A DNA stretch of 64,000 bases from Balneolales bacterium (GTDB taxonomy: Bacteria > Bacteroidota > Rhodothermia > Balneolales > DATFMH01): NCBI GenBank assembly GCA_035267045.1, contig DATFMH010000238.1:5914-69913 (forward strand), in the 5' to 3' direction. The notes below the pieces were generated by a model. The model was not told the DNA's origin. It did not search any database and worked only from the letters and a program-made list of their open reading frames with translations. Shown here piece by piece: positions 1-11,792 of this stretch (its first letter is position 1; each line of letters begins with the position of its first letter). The position numbers and the translations under genes are program-made.

Positions 1-111
1 GATATTCAAAGTCTGATAGGCTGGGAAATCAATCCGTGAGTATTTACACTTTCAAGCTAACTGAAAAAAGAATACCTTTGATCAATTAACAGATCACAAG
101 CTCGAAAAGGG

Positions 112-1155
112 ATGCTTAAGGTTAGTGTACGTAGTTTATTTATCCTGTTATATTTACTGTTTTCAGTCGAATCCTGTACGAATATGGATTACCAAACGAA
201 GACGGTTGGTGCATTTAAAAATACCGGAGCGGGGAAAAGTTTCGTCATTTTAAATATATCCGATATCGGAAAACATGCATTGAAACTTGAAAAAGCCGGG
301 ATCATCGTACATCTCTACAATGGGTTCGCCGCTGTAAAAGAAGAGTATTCTGTAATCAATACCACCGGTCAAAACCTATCGTTGCAAATGGGTGTGCCGG
401 TTTCCGGTTATTATCATAATGATGTTATTGATACCGTAAAATTTGGTAACTGGAGTCATCCGGAGATATCCATTAACGGTAACAAAATAACTCATATGCA
501 GGTAGATACTAATCAGATGATAACCATCCCCGGAATGGAGGTGACAGGTGATAAATGGAACACGTGGAAATTCACCTTTCCAAAAGATACCTCCCGCATT
601 ATTACACATTACCTGGTAAAAACCCATGGTTCGCATGTCCGGGATGGGTACGATATTGAATATACTGATGGATTCACATACTTATTGAAGCCCCTTCTGC
701 AATGGAACACACAGATCCATAAAATTCGGGTTCTTTTTGTAGTGGACAAATCGTCTGTCAGAATGAAATGGATTGATGGCATATTGCCCGCCGGACGTTT
801 TAAGTTGAAGGATCATACATTTGTCTATGATATGGAAAGTGTAAGAGCCAATACCCTTTCAAATATCATTTTCAGATATGGGAAACCGGATATGTATGCC
901 CCGAAAGATGGTTTCAGTTTCTCTTCGATGGCATCGGACACCACAGAATGGTATCAGCAAATTAACAAAACAGGTATTTGGAATATTGATACAACAGGTT
1001 ATAAGAAGTTTGCCCGTGCAGAGTTTAAACCGGCACCTATGGGGTTCTTCTCCATATCAGGTATAGTTATTGTCTTCCTGCTGCTGGGTGTAAGTTTTCT
1101 CGTATTATTATTTTGGGGAGCATACAGTCAATATCGAAATACAGGAAAACGATAA
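112..1155 (+). CDS. hypothetical exported protein (lipoprotein-like signal, C-terminal membrane anchor)
   Basis: 347-aa ORF. The N-terminus MLKVSVRSLFILLYLLFSVESC resembles a signal peptide plus lipobox Cys. The C-terminus has one hydrophobic helix (FFSISGIVIVFLLLGVSFLVLLFWGAY) followed by a basic tail. No family recognised by eye. Confidence 0.55.
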   Translation: MLKVSVRSLFILLYLLFSVESCTNMDYQTKTVGAFKNTGAGKSFVILNISDIGKHALKLEKAGIIVHLYNGFAAVKEEYSVINTTGQNLSLQMGVPVSGYYHNDVIDTVKFGNWSHPEISINGNKITHMQVDTNQMITIPGMEVTGDKWNTWKFTFPKDTSRIITHYLVKTHGSHVRDGYDIEYTDGFTYLLKPLLQWNTQIHKIRVLFVVDKSSVRMKWIDGILPAGRFKLKDHTFVYDMESVRANTLSNIIFRYGKPDMYAPKDGFSFSSMASDTTEWYQQINKTGIWNIDTTGYKKFARAEFKPAPMGFFSISGIVIVFLLLGVSFLVLLFWGAYSQYRNTGKR

Positions 1156-1184
1156 ACATTGATCAATGATCTCCTACCACTTTA

Positions 1185-1907
1185 TTACCACTCGAGTTCT
1201 TTGCCGTTATAATTAAAAAATCGGCCTGTTTGGGCTTTCCCAAATCCGTCAATCAAATCGATCATATTTGAAACGGATTCTTCGGGAGTCAGGCTGGCAC
1301 TTTGACCACCCATATCTGTCTGAACCCAACCAGGATGGAACATCATGGTGTAGATTTTTTCAGGCAGCAAATCATTTGCCAGTGTTTTGCTGTACATGTT
1401 TAATGCGGCTTTGCTTGCCTTATAACCATAACTGCCCCCGCTGCTATTATGATCGATGGAACCCTGAATGGATGAAATATTAATAACTTTTGGATTATTA
1501 CCCTTTAGTAATAAATCGTGAAATTGTTGTGTAACCATGACAGGAGCTATGGCATTAACTTCTATCATGTTAAGTAATTTTTTGTGATCTAATTTGCCAA
1601 AAGTGCTTAATTTGTCGTTTTCATCAATGGAAAGTTCACGAGTTCCTATTCCTGCATTATTAATCAAAAGATCAATTCCGTCGGTATGACTTTTAACAGT
1701 TTGAGTGGCGGCTTTAATCGCTTCTTCATTTGTGACGTCTAACGGCAATATGGTTAACTGATTAATATAGGTTTTCCAAAGATGTTGCAATTCATTAGCA
1801 TTTATAGGGTTCCTGCAGGATGCAAAAACCCGTTCACCGCGTTCCAAATATTGTTTTGCGAATTCAAGGCCAATACCTCTGTTTGATCCGGTAATAAAAA
1901 TTCTCAT
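1185..1907 (-). CDS. short-chain dehydrogenase/reductase (SDR) family oxidoreductase
   Basis: 240 aa. Rossmann motif ITGSNRGIG, NNAG motif, catalytic Y-x3-K (YKASK). Confidence 0.85.
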   Translation of the reverse strand: MRIFITGSNRGIGLEFAKQYLERGERVFASCRNPINANELQHLWKTYINQLTILPLDVTNEEAIKAATQTVKSHTDGIDLLINNAGIGTRELSIDENDKLSTFGKLDHKKLLNMIEVNAIAPVMVTQQFHDLLLKGNNPKVINISSIQGSIDHNSSGGSYGYKASKAALNMYSKTLANDLLPEKIYTMMFHPGWVQTDMGGQSASLTPEESVSNMIDLIDGFGKAQTGRFFNYNGKELEW

Positions 1908-2210
1908 AAAGATTTTTTCTCTGTACTATTATGCTTTACATTTGTTGTTCAGTTTCATAATGATATATAAAAATTATGATTATCAAACCTGAAATTATAG
2001 CAGATTTATTTTTATGTTGACTATTTACTATTATGTTTAATAATCGTTTTAACAAGAAAGATGTTTGGTTACGGGTAGCACATTTTACGCATTAAAGAAA
2101 ATGGAATTTGAGTATGAATTTTAATTAATCCTGTGTTTTTCTGTAAGGAATTAGATTGTAACGTGTCATTTAGTTTGAGAATAAATTTATAATTAATAAG
2201 AGGTAATGAA

Positions 2211-2657
2211 ATGAGTTCATTGAATAAAGCAATGCTTATCGGACGACTTGGAGCAGATCCGGAAGTACGCTATACACAATCGAATACGGCAGTAGCAACC
2301 TTGAACATTGCAACAAACGAGCGTTTTAAAGATAGTAATGGGGAATGGCGTGAGAGAACTGAATGGCACCGCGTTGTTGCCTGGGGGAGGTTGGCTGAAA
2401 TTGTACAACAATACGTTAAAAAAGGCGGACTTGTCTATATTGAAGGACCTATTCAAACCCGGCAATGGGAAGATAAAGATGGCCAGAAACGTTACACAAC
2501 GGAAATTAAAGCTTTAACTCTGAGAATGTTAGATTCCCGTAATGATAGTGGAATGACGGTAGACACCTCCAATTCACAGGAGAAAACAAATGCCGCGAGT
2601 AAACCGGTAGATCTGAACGGGGATTTTGATGATCTTGATGATGATTTGCCTTTCTGA
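2211..2657 (+). CDS. ssb: single-stranded DNA-binding protein
   Basis: 148 aa. OB-fold N-terminus ([19 protein letters not shown]...), acidic C-terminal tip DDDLPF, AGAGG Shine-Dalgarno-like motif upstream. Confidence 0.95.
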   Translation: MSSLNKAMLIGRLGADPEVRYTQSNTAVATLNIATNERFKDSNGEWRERTEWHRVVAWGRLAEIVQQYVKKGGLVYIEGPIQTRQWEDKDGQKRYTTEIKALTLRMLDSRNDSGMTVDTSNSQEKTNAASKPVDLNGDFDDLDDDLPF

Positions 2658-2692
2658 GCAGTCAATTTCAAAAATAATTATTCTAATTGATC

Positions 2693-2727
2693 AAAAGCGA
2701 TGATATTATGTCATCGCTTTTGTTGTT
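2693..2727 (+). terminator. intrinsic terminator-like hairpin after ssb
   Basis: 11-bp perfect stem: aaaagcgatga (2693-2703) pairs with tcatcgctttt (2711-2721). Loop of 7 nt, T-rich tail. Confidence 0.6.
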
Positions 2728-2805
2728 TAGTTGCAGAGATTAGGATATGTACGTAGTTTTATTTTAATTCTATTAATATATAATACATGAGCGAACGTAA
2801 ACGCA

Positions 2806-4203
2806 TTGTTGAATCAACATCACTTGTTTTTGTTATTGCAGAACACGGGTTTTTTTAACGGGTCAATAAACCTGTTTGAAATATCCATTCAGTTACTAAT
2901 AATGGTATTAGGATTGATACTTTCCGGCTTATTTTCAAGCTCTGAAGTATCATTCTTTTCTTTGACGCCCCATCAGGTTCAGGAGGAGGTCGGGGCTAAG
3001 CATATGGATCCTTCCCTTCACCGAATCGTTACCATGCTCGACCGCCCCCGAAGGCTCCTGGCAACGATATTGATTGGTAATACATTCGCCAATATTGTCA
3101 CATCTGTAATGGCGGCGGTAATCACGGGAAATCTGGTGAATTATTTTGGCGCGCCGGAGATTCTAACCTATATCGTTGAAGTCATTGTTGTAACGTTTAC
3201 GATCGTTATTTTGAGCGAAATTACTCCAAAAGTCATCGCCATTAAGAACCCTATGGCCCTTTCCCGAAAATTGAGCGGGTTTATCTATAGCTTTTTTATA
3301 TTAATGAGGCCGCTGGCTCAAAGTATTGCGAATAGCACACTCCGGTTAGAACGGTACCTTCCAAAACCGCAGTATCGCATATCATCTCATGATATCAAGC
3401 ACATTGCTGAAGTGGGAGAGAAGCAAGGGTCACTGAAAGGTGATGAGCGGGAAATAATTGAGAATGTCATAGAATTCGGAAATATGACCGTGAGGGAAAT
3501 AATGACTTCCCGGGTTAATATTATTGCCGTTTCTACAGAAGATTCATTGGGCGAGGTGTTGAAACTTATTAAGGAAAAAAGTTTATCCCGTTTGCCTCTT
3601 TATGAGAATGAACTGGATAATATTGTGGGCGTTATCTATGCCAAAGACTTACTTCCATACCTTGACTCATCCCATTTGCAGGATATGACGATAAACTGGC
3701 GTACAATGGCTCGAAAATCATTGTTCATACCTTCCTCAAAAAAACTGGATGACCTGCTTCAGGATTTCCAACGCGAGAAAACCCATATGGCCATTGTTGT
3801 TGATGAATATGGCGGTACGGAAGGCCTAATTACACTTGATGACGTTTTATCAGAAATTATCGGTGAATTAACTGATGAACATACCGAGACGGAGCAGCTA
3901 TATACGCGTTTACGCAGTGATGTTTATATTTTTGATGCAAAAATTGACCTGGATGATATGGCTGACATCCTTGAAAAAGAATTGACCAGTGAAGAAGACG
4001 ATTATGAAACACTTGGCGGGTTGATCTATCATCTCACCGAACATATTCCCGACGTCGGGGAAAAAGTACATTTTAAGGGACTGGAACTCACCGTTCATGA
4101 TGTGGATAATAACCGGGTTAAGAAAGTTAAAGTCCGACTCCTGCCTGAAGAAGAGCAATCCGAGAATACCTCAATGAATTACAAAGGGGAAACTGATAAA
4201 TAA
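2806..4203 (+). CDS. CNNM/CorC-HlyC family membrane protein (DUF21 + tandem CBS + CorC_HlyC; GldE-like)
   Basis: 465-aa ORF. N-terminal TM region with SSSEVSFFSL, then a CBS pair, then a C-terminal transporter-associated domain. The position directly after ssb recalls, from memory and unverified, the ssb-gldE arrangement in Flavobacterium. The start is uncertain: TTG at 2806, first in-frame ATG at 2902. Confidence 0.8.
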   Translation: MLNQHHLFLLLQNTGFFNGSINLFEISIQLLIMVLGLILSGLFSSSEVSFFSLTPHQVQEEVGAKHMDPSLHRIVTMLDRPRRLLATILIGNTFANIVTSVMAAVITGNLVNYFGAPEILTYIVEVIVVTFTIVILSEITPKVIAIKNPMALSRKLSGFIYSFFILMRPLAQSIANSTLRLERYLPKPQYRISSHDIKHIAEVGEKQGSLKGDEREIIENVIEFGNMTVREIMTSRVNIIAVSTEDSLGEVLKLIKEKSLSRLPLYENELDNIVGVIYAKDLLPYLDSSHLQDMTINWRTMARKSLFIPSSKKLDDLLQDFQREKTHMAIVVDEYGGTEGLITLDDVLSEIIGELTDEHTETEQLYTRLRSDVYIFDAKIDLDDMADILEKELTSEEDDYETLGGLIYHLTEHIPDVGEKVHFKGLELTVHDVDNNRVKKVKVRLLPEEEQSENTSMNYKGETDK

Positions 4204-4323
4204 TTCCCGACTTCCCATTCAGTAAAAAAGATCACCAAAAGACAAGAATTTTGGTTATAATTAACCGCGCTGATTATATAATTTCATCTAATTAACCAGA
4301 ATAGGATAAAAGGAAAGTTATTA

Positions 4324-5616
4324 ATGATTGAACGCTATTCCAGAAAAGTAATGGCCGATATTTGGTCCGAAGAAAATCAATTCCAATCGTGGCTGGCTGT
4401 TGAATTGGCAGCATGCTGGGCATGGAGTAAGCTGGGGCAAATACCGAAAGAGGATGTAGATTTACTTTATAAAAATGCCGGTTTTGATATCAGTCGTATT
4501 AAAGAGATTGAAAAAGTAACGCGCCATGATGTTGTGGCTTTTACCCGTGCCGTTTCCGAAACTTTGGGGGAGGAAAAAAAATGGGTGCATTATGGTCTTA
4601 CTTCTACTGATGTCGTTGATACCGCTTCAGGTTATCGTCTCAAGCAGGCAAATGAAATATTAGAACGGGACATTGAGAAAATTTTAAAAGTGCTCGCAGA
4701 CAAAGCACGTGAGCATAAATTTACGGTTATGATGGGCCGTACTCATGGCGTCCATGCCGAACCAACCACATTTGGATTAAAATGTGCCTTGTGGTTTGCA
4801 GAGATGAAACGAAATCTGGATCGTTTTCGAAGGGCCGCGAGGGATGTGGAATATGGCAAAATTTCAGGTGCGGTAGGTACTTTCGCCCATATTCCTCCTG
4901 ATGTAGAAAAATACGTTTGTGAACGTTTGGGAATATCAGCAGCGCCTATTTCAACCCAGACTTTGCAAAGAGACAGGCATGCTTATTACATGGCTACATT
5001 GGCTGTTATTGGTTCAACACTTGAGAAGATGGCTGTTGAGATTCGTCATTTACAGAAAAGTGAAACCCGGGAAGTCGAAGAAAAATTTTATGAAGGCCAA
5101 AAAGGCTCTTCTGCAATGCCGCATAAAAGGAATCCGGTCGGATCCGAGAATATCAGCGGTTGCTCCCGTGTTTTAAGAGGTTATATGGTAACAGCCTATG
5201 AAAATATTCCATTATGGCATGAGCGCGATATCTCGCACTCCTCAGCTGAACGGATCATTATTCCGGACGGCACCGTATTACTTGATTACATGTTAAACCG
5301 GTTTTCGAATATTCTTGAAAACCTGGTGGTCTTCGAAGATAATATGAAGAGCAATATAAACCGTACCTATGGACTGGTATTTTCACAAAGACTTCTGCTT
5401 ATGCTCATTGATAAAGGTTTGTCTCGTGAGGATGCCTACGATATGGTCCAGCCGTTGGCTATGAAAGCCTGGAAAGAAAAGAGGCCATTTCGGGAAATCG
5501 TGGAATCAAGCGAGGAATTACAATCACACTTAAGCAGCAAAGAGATAGCGGATGCCTTTGATTTGGATTATCACACACGAAATGTGGATATGATATTCAA
5601 ACGTGTCGGCCTGTAA
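4324..5616 (+). CDS. purB: adenylosuccinate lyase
   Basis: 430 aa. Fumarate-lyase family signature [11 protein letters not shown] and the typical PurB N-terminus MIERYSR...MADIWSEE. Confidence 0.95.
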   Translation: MIERYSRKVMADIWSEENQFQSWLAVELAACWAWSKLGQIPKEDVDLLYKNAGFDISRIKEIEKVTRHDVVAFTRAVSETLGEEKKWVHYGLTSTDVVDTASGYRLKQANEILERDIEKILKVLADKAREHKFTVMMGRTHGVHAEPTTFGLKCALWFAEMKRNLDRFRRAARDVEYGKISGAVGTFAHIPPDVEKYVCERLGISAAPISTQTLQRDRHAYYMATLAVIGSTLEKMAVEIRHLQKSETREVEEKFYEGQKGSSAMPHKRNPVGSENISGCSRVLRGYMVTAYENIPLWHERDISHSSAERIIIPDGTVLLDYMLNRFSNILENLVVFEDNMKSNINRTYGLVFSQRLLLMLIDKGLSREDAYDMVQPLAMKAWKEKRPFREIVESSEELQSHLSSKEIADAFDLDYHTRNVDMIFKRVGL

Positions 5617-5630
5617 ATAATTATTTCAAA

Positions 5631-5668
5631 AACAGCTGTTCGTAATCGTTTATGAACGGCTGTTTTTA
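5631..5668. terminator. bidirectional terminator-like hairpin between convergent purB and menE
   Basis: 12-bp stem with 2 G-U pairs: aacagctgttcg (5631-5642) pairs with tgaacggctgtt (5653-5664). A-run upstream and T-run downstream. Confidence 0.55.
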
Positions 5669-5676
5669 TGTTATAA

Positions 5677-7119
5677 TTAAGATTTGAGGGCAAAGCGCTT
5701 AAGCTGGTTTCTTCTGATTTTACCCGATTGGTTTTTAGGTAATGATTCAACCAGAATTAATTTCCGTGGTTTTTTAAAATTTGGTAACTGATCACCAAGT
5801 TTTTTTCGAAGTCCGGGTAAATCAATTGAATAATCATTCTTGAGAACAATGAAAGCCGTAACAACTTCCCCCCATTCTTCATCGGGTAAGCCGGCAACGG
5901 CCGCTTCTTCGATTTCAACAAGGTTAAGAAGGGCTTGTTCAACTTCGAACGGGCTAATATTTTCGCCACCCGAAATGATGAGATCCGATCTACGGCTGTA
6001 GACAAATAACTGATTATGTTCATCCAGCCATCCTGTATCATTGGTATTGAACCAACCCTCCTTGTCAAACCGGTTACGATTATCGTACTGGTTAAAATAT
6101 CCGTCAAAAACTTGCGGTCCTTTCAGCCAAATGTTACCCATTTCCCCATTTTTTTTTGGCCTATGATCATTATCCCGTATAGATATATCATTTCCCGGAA
6201 ATATAGATCCGGCCAAACCACTATCGAGAACGGGTAAATTCTTTATATTTACAGCAGCAATTTGAGCACATGTCTCTGTCATACCGAAACTTGGTATGGC
6301 TGGTACCCGTTGTTCTGCTATTTCGTTAAGTAATTTTTGGGGAACGGGTGCTCCTCCCAATAGAACAGCTTTGAAATCGTTATGAATTTCAAAGCCTGGC
6401 GATGACAGGAGACGTTTCAACATAGTAGGAACTAATGAAACAGCCTGTATACGCGTTTCATTTTTTAAAAGATCCATGACTTTCTCCCGATCGAAAGAGG
6501 GAAGGCGATACACCCCGCTGCCGTAAATCAGGGATCGCAATATGACAGATATACCACCGATATGATTCAGAGGCATACATAAAAGCCAGAAGCTCCCGGG
6601 ATCAGGTTTAAAGTTAACAGCTGATCCTTCAGCTGCATGTTGAAGTTGACGGCGTTTGAGAGGCACAATCTTAGGGGTGCCGGTTGTGCCGGAAGTAAAG
6701 AAATATCCAAATACCGAATCTGAATCAATCGAACGGTATATGGTGTTATCATCACTGTTAAATGAAGATTTAAATTTTGGAAATAATATCTGTCTGCCGG
6801 AATAATCAGATAATCGGTTTTTGTTTGCCTGATCTGTTAAAATGAGTTTTGGATTTAATACCCGGAGATAAGAGTTGAGCTCTCCATTTGTTACGTTGGG
6901 TGAAATGGGAATAAAAGGCACACCCAAATTCCAGCAAGCTGCTATCGATAAAACGAGTTCATCTGTCGTTCCTGATAAAAATGCCACAGGTTGACGATTA
7001 TCCAGATCATGAATATATAAAATATGCTCAAATTGCCGGGTATAAATAGCTAAGTCTGAATAGCTATAAGAACCTGATTCTGATTTTAGAAATGGTGAAT
7101 TTGGCAAGTAATGACTCAT
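5677..7119 (-). CDS. menE: O-succinylbenzoate-CoA ligase (AMP-dependent synthetase family)
   Basis: 480 aa. AMP-binding motif FFTSGTTGTPK. Adjacent to menC and menA on the same strand. Confidence 0.8.
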   Translation of the reverse strand: MSHYLPNSPFLKSESGSYSYSDLAIYTRQFEHILYIHDLDNRQPVAFLSGTTDELVLSIAACWNLGVPFIPISPNVTNGELNSYLRVLNPKLILTDQANKNRLSDYSGRQILFPKFKSSFNSDDNTIYRSIDSDSVFGYFFTSGTTGTPKIVPLKRRQLQHAAEGSAVNFKPDPGSFWLLCMPLNHIGGISVILRSLIYGSGVYRLPSFDREKVMDLLKNETRIQAVSLVPTMLKRLLSSPGFEIHNDFKAVLLGGAPVPQKLLNEIAEQRVPAIPSFGMTETCAQIAAVNIKNLPVLDSGLAGSIFPGNDISIRDNDHRPKKNGEMGNIWLKGPQVFDGYFNQYDNRNRFDKEGWFNTNDTGWLDEHNQLFVYSRRSDLIISGGENISPFEVEQALLNLVEIEEAAVAGLPDEEWGEVVTAFIVLKNDYSIDLPGLRKKLGDQLPNFKKPRKLILVESLPKNQSGKIRRNQLKRFALKS

Positions 7120-7138
7120 AATCAGATCACATTAAAAG

Positions 7139-8224
7139 TTACGAGACTCCAAACTCAATCTCTTCCAGCAAGTTCAAATCAGGTTCCAAACCGATCCCCC
7201 GCCCGCCGGGTATATGGTAAGACCCATGTATAAGACATGAAGAGTCATCAAGTATATCATTCTTGAAATATTTACCGGTTGCGAGTCCATGTGCATACTT
7301 GCTACTTCCCATAATGGAAGCCAGATGAGCTGTCGCCAAACGTCCAACACCTGATTCAAGGGAGGTAGTAAAAACCGTTTCAATATCTTTTTCGTGAGCT
7401 TCATTTACGATTTGAAAAATGTCATCCAGGCTGCCAATTAACATTGGCTTTAAAACGAGAACATCAACGGCATCCAGGTCTATTAGTTTTCCAACCGCTT
7501 CTTTATTTGTTGCGGCTTCATCTGCCGCAATAGGAACATTGGTTATTCTTTTAATTTCAGCCAGACCTTTAATGTTCTCACTCTCAACAGGTTGCTCACA
7601 ATATTCTATATTAAGATGAGATAGTTTATGTAAGTTTTGTATGGCTTCATTAACCTGCCATGCCTGATTTGCATCCAGGCGAATATTTGCTGACGGCAGT
7701 GTATTTCGTATTTCCTCAACTATCTTTAATTCCTTTTCAAAATCCCAGCCGATCTTAAACTTGAATGTCCGGTAACCTTCCGACCACGATTGTTTACAAT
7801 CATCAATGATATTTGGCAAATCTCCTAACCCAAAAACCGTATTGACAGGTACGGTGTCTGTTTTTTTCGCCGATATATGAGTATTGAAAGGAATTCCGCG
7901 TTTTTTGGATAACCGGTCAAACAGAAAAGTGTCAAGGCCGAATCGTAAACTCGGATAAAGATCGAGTGAGTCAGCAAAGGTTTTCCAATCAGCATAACTC
8001 TTATCCTGCATGAAATAGCGATCGATGGTATTCTGATATTTGACGAGTTGATCTATAACATCTGTAAGAGATTCTTTCGAATAGCCGGGGAGAGGAGCAA
8101 CATCACCATAACATGAAAAAGCAAGATAATCACAGTTTATCAATAATCCTTCACGTTCGGTAAAGCTACATTGAGCTGTATGTAACGGTTGATGAAATGT
8201 TAATTTGTATTGGAAAAATTTCAT
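7139..8224 (-). CDS. menC: o-succinylbenzoate synthase (enolase superfamily)
   Basis: 361 aa. KxK motif (FKFKIG) and metal ligands in RLDANQAW / YCEQP / AADEA. Lies between menE and menA. Confidence 0.8.
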   Translation of the reverse strand: MKFFQYKLTFHQPLHTAQCSFTEREGLLINCDYLAFSCYGDVAPLPGYSKESLTDVIDQLVKYQNTIDRYFMQDKSYADWKTFADSLDLYPSLRFGLDTFLFDRLSKKRGIPFNTHISAKKTDTVPVNTVFGLGDLPNIIDDCKQSWSEGYRTFKFKIGWDFEKELKIVEEIRNTLPSANIRLDANQAWQVNEAIQNLHKLSHLNIEYCEQPVESENIKGLAEIKRITNVPIAADEAATNKEAVGKLIDLDAVDVLVLKPMLIGSLDDIFQIVNEAHEKDIETVFTTSLESGVGRLATAHLASIMGSSKYAHGLATGKYFKNDILDDSSCLIHGSYHIPGGRGIGLEPDLNLLEEIEFGVS

Positions 8225-8356
8225 TTAAGAACTAAATCGTTGAAAAATTTGGGAGGATCTTGAAAAAATATCATTTGATTTCATTTATTTATAAAAAGTT
8301 TTAATCTGTAACAACAACCACGATTAGTCAAAGGGTTGGTAAAATAACTTATCACT

Positions 8357-9244
8357 TCATGAAAATATAAGTCCTACACTGAACAGCAAACCAAATAGCA
8401 CCATAAATTGAGCTGTTCGTTCAAGAATCCTGTTGAAATTAGCTTTATCCCTTTCCTGCCAGATACTCATAATTAATTTTACAGCAAAAGGAATTGTAAT
8501 GAAAGGCAGAAATATTATCCAGTTGAGGTTATCTCTGATAAACAGATGCGGCGGAATGGCAAAGCTTAGAAGAATCATGACAAAATATTCCCATCTAAGG
8601 GCGTTTTCGCCAAATATCACACCAAGGGTACGTTTACCGGCAGGTTTATCTGTTTCAATATCACGAAGATTATTAATTACTAAAATATTGGTGGATAGAG
8701 CGCCCGCCGGTATTGAAACCCAGAAAGCCAGTGTTGACCAATGCAGGGCATTAACATAATATGTACCCATAACAGCTATTATCCCAAAAAAGATAAAGAC
8801 AAAAATATCACCGAGTCCATTATATCCCAGGGGATAAGGCCCTCCGGTATAGGCAATTCCAAAGATGAGGGATAAAATACCGATTACGAGAATAACCCAG
8901 CCGGCGAGCCAGACAAGATACAAGCCCAAAATGAATGCAAGGCTCATTGTTATAACGGTAGCACGCATCATGACTTTTGGTGTAATGAGTCCCGTTGCCG
9001 TAGCCCTTGTAAAGCCCACACGAGAATTGTTATCGGCACCTTTCTTAGCATCGTAATAATCATTTGCAAAATTGGTGCCGATTTGAATAAGAAAAGCACA
9101 TAACATAGCCACAATGGTGGATGCCGGGTTAAAGGATCCATCGCTGTAAGCCAATGATGAACCTAAGAGTACAGGGACGAATGCTGCGGCCAGAGTTTTG
9201 GGGCGTGCCGCTTCGATCCATATGTTAATTTTGTTTTTATTCAC
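8357..9244 (-). CDS. menA: 1,4-dihydroxy-2-naphthoate polyprenyltransferase
   Basis: 295 aa, polytopic. UbiA-family motifs NDYYD and NNLRDIETD. Confidence 0.9.
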   Translation of the reverse strand: MNKNKINIWIEAARPKTLAAAFVPVLLGSSLAYSDGSFNPASTIVAMLCAFLIQIGTNFANDYYDAKKGADNNSRVGFTRATATGLITPKVMMRATVITMSLAFILGLYLVWLAGWVILVIGILSLIFGIAYTGGPYPLGYNGLGDIFVFIFFGIIAVMGTYYVNALHWSTLAFWVSIPAGALSTNILVINNLRDIETDKPAGKRTLGVIFGENALRWEYFVMILLSFAIPPHLFIRDNLNWIIFLPFITIPFAVKLIMSIWQERDKANFNRILERTAQFMVLFGLLFSVGLIFS

Positions 9245-9544
9245 TATAAATTTTTTGATATCTGATAATTATAATAACCAGTAAGAGTTACCGGTTAAAT
9301 ATTTTCGGATGGTAATTTAATATTTCTAAATAGAGAAATCACCTATACACTTAGATAGTTAGGTAAATAGATCCATTCATTTTTATCAACTTTATTAATT
9401 TAATTAAAAGCGGTTCCAATTTTAAATAATTATGTTTTATTTATTAAATATATATTTATTGTTAGATATAAATGGAATTATGACTAAAATGTGTTATAAT
9501 AAACGTAATTTGTAAATAAAAACCGATAAACATCTACAAAATCC

Positions 9545-11734
9545 ATGAGCAAATCATATCCCAGATACGATACATTAGCTGCAGTTAAAGATTGGAAAAT
9601 GGGTAAGAATGGTATCCAACCCATGACACCTCAGAATATTACACAGATTTTTGGTGAAAACACCTTAACTCTGGATATTCTTAAGGAACGGTTACCGAAG
9701 TCTGTTTGGAAAGATTTAAAAAAGACTTTGTATGAGAATGAACAGATAAGCCACCCAACAGCTGATGCTGTTGCTGTAGTCATGAAAGATTGGGCCATCG
9801 AAAAAGGCGCAACTCACTTTACTCACTGGTTTCAACCATTAACAGGATTAACAGCTGAGAAACATGACAGTTTTATAACCCCTAACCAGGGTGGTGGAGC
9901 CGTCGCTGAGTTTTCTGGCAAGGATTTGATCCAGGGTGAACCGGATGCTTCAAGTTTTCCGAGTGGTGGATTGCGGGCCACATTCGAAGCACGAGGTTAC
10001 ACCGCATGGGATCCAACATCACCGGCTTTTATCGTTGAAAATGAAAATGGATCTGTTTTATGTATACCAACAGCATTTGCTTCGTGGACAGGTGCGGCAT
10101 TAGATCATAAAACACCGTTATTACGTTCTGTAGACGCTTTAAATAAACAAGCCATGCGTGCTTTGAAGTTATTTGATGGCGATGGCGTAAGTAAAGTCGA
10201 ATCAACTGTAGGTTTTGAGCAGGAATATTTTCTCATTGATCAGGAATTTTTCTATCGGCGCCCCGACCTGGTGATGACCGGTCGTACTCTTTTCGGTGCC
10301 CAGCCACCAAGAGGACAGGAGTTGGATGACCATTATTTCGGATCCATACCCGACCGTGTGCTTTCTTTCATGCTTGAAGCGGAAAGAGAATTATACCGTT
10401 TGGGAGTACCGGTTAAAACACGTCATAACGAGGTTGCTCCCGGCCAGTATGAGATTGCCCCAATATATGAAATGGCCAATGTAGCTGCCGATCATCAACA
10501 ACTTACAATGCTGACGCTTAAGCGTATAGCCCGTAAATACGGCCTCGATTGTGTTCTGCATGAAAAACCATTTGCCGGACTTAATGGTAGTGGAAAACAC
10601 ACGAATTGGTCGTTAGCTACCGATACCGGTAAAAACCTATTGGATCCGGGTGATAATCCTCATTCCAATATGATTTTCTTGTTTTTCTGTTCGGCCGTTA
10701 TTAAAGCTGTATATGAGCATCAGGATCTGCTTCGGATATCAATTTCCGGAGCTGGAAACGATCATCGTCTGGGAGCCAATGAAGCACCACCTGCTATTAT
10801 ATCTATTTTTGTCGGTGATCAATTACAGGATGTATTTGATCAAATTATGAAAGGTGAGGCCAAGAGCTCAAAACAAGGTGGTATTCTGGGTCTTGGTACG
10901 CCAACATTACCGAAACTACCCAAACATGCCGGAGATCGTAATCGTACTTCTCCTTTTGCATTTACGGGTAATAAATTTGAGTTTCGTGCTGTGGGATCAA
11001 GTCAATCTGTGTCTTTTCCGGTTGTTGTTTTAAATACCATTGTAGCCGACGCCATTGAAAAAATGTGCGATCAAATGGATAAAGAATTTAAGGATGGTAA
11101 ATCAACGGAAGAGGCTTTGGAGAGTGTTCTTAACAGCACTTTAAATGAATCCGGTAAAGTTATCTTCAACGGTGATGGTTATTCTGAAGAATGGAAAAAA
11201 GAGGCAGAAAAACGCGGTTTACTGAATCTGCCGAATACTCTTGATGCTCTTGATTTATTTGATTCAAGAGATAACATCTCATTATTTGAGAAATATAAAG
11301 TCCTTTCTAAAGAAGAGCTGAGTTCACGGCTTGAAATCATGTTGGATCAATATTTCAAAACAATAAATATAGAGGCCGAGACCACTGCCAATATTGTTAA
11401 AACAATGATCATTCCGGGATCCATTCGTTATCTCAATGAACTCCTGGCTGCGAGTGACAGGGGTAAAGCGATGTCGTTTGATACAATAGGTACCCAAAAT
11501 GTCATCAATAAAGTTAACGACGGTATCAATGAATTGGTAGCAGCCGCTGACGAACTTGATAAAGTGAATGCCGAACTTGGCGGTGACACCATATTGGAGA
11601 AAGCTCAACATATGTTGAAAAATGTCATCCCCAAAATGAATGCCGTACGGGAAGCAACAGATAAACTTGAAGGGGTAGTTGCCGATGATTACTGGCCGTT
11701 ACCTACTTACCGGGAGATGTTGTACCTGAAGTAA
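9545..11734 (+). CDS. glnA: glutamine synthetase, type III
   Basis: 729 aa, the length and N-terminal architecture typical of GSIII. Catalytic-domain motifs [10 protein letters not shown] and [10 protein letters not shown]. Confidence 0.95.
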   Translation: MSKSYPRYDTLAAVKDWKMGKNGIQPMTPQNITQIFGENTLTLDILKERLPKSVWKDLKKTLYENEQISHPTADAVAVVMKDWAIEKGATHFTHWFQPLTGLTAEKHDSFITPNQGGGAVAEFSGKDLIQGEPDASSFPSGGLRATFEARGYTAWDPTSPAFIVENENGSVLCIPTAFASWTGAALDHKTPLLRSVDALNKQAMRALKLFDGDGVSKVESTVGFEQEYFLIDQEFFYRRPDLVMTGRTLFGAQPPRGQELDDHYFGSIPDRVLSFMLEAERELYRLGVPVKTRHNEVAPGQYEIAPIYEMANVAADHQQLTMLTLKRIARKYGLDCVLHEKPFAGLNGSGKHTNWSLATDTGKNLLDPGDNPHSNMIFLFFCSAVIKAVYEHQDLLRISISGAGNDHRLGANEAPPAIISIFVGDQLQDVFDQIMKGEAKSSKQGGILGLGTPTLPKLPKHAGDRNRTSPFAFTGNKFEFRAVGSSQSVSFPVVVLNTIVADAIEKMCDQMDKEFKDGKSTEEALESVLNSTLNESGKVIFNGDGYSEEWKKEAEKRGLLNLPNTLDALDLFDSRDNISLFEKYKVLSKEELSSRLEIMLDQYFKTINIEAETTANIVKTMIIPGSIRYLNELLAASDRGKAMSFDTIGTQNVINKVNDGINELVAAADELDKVNAELGGDTILEKAQHMLKNVIPKMNAVREATDKLEGVVADDYWPLPTYREMLYLK

Positions 11735-11760
11735 TTGTTTAATTATAATCGACTCAAAAA

Positions 11761-11792
11761 AGCCCTGTTGTTTAAAATGACAGGGCTTTTTC
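11761..11792 (+). terminator. intrinsic terminator after glnA
   Basis: 8-bp stem: agccctgt (11761-11768) pairs with acagggct (11780-11787). Followed by a T-run and preceded by an A-run. Confidence 0.7.

Noticed and set aside
2787-2904. ATG at 2787 plus a T7 homopolymer (2849-2855) as a frameshifted or slipped true start of the CNNM gene
   Set aside because: Removing one T would fuse the ATG-initiated frame to the main ORF. A TTG start at 2806 already explains the N-terminal TM helix, and a single sequence cannot distinguish a sequencing error from biology.
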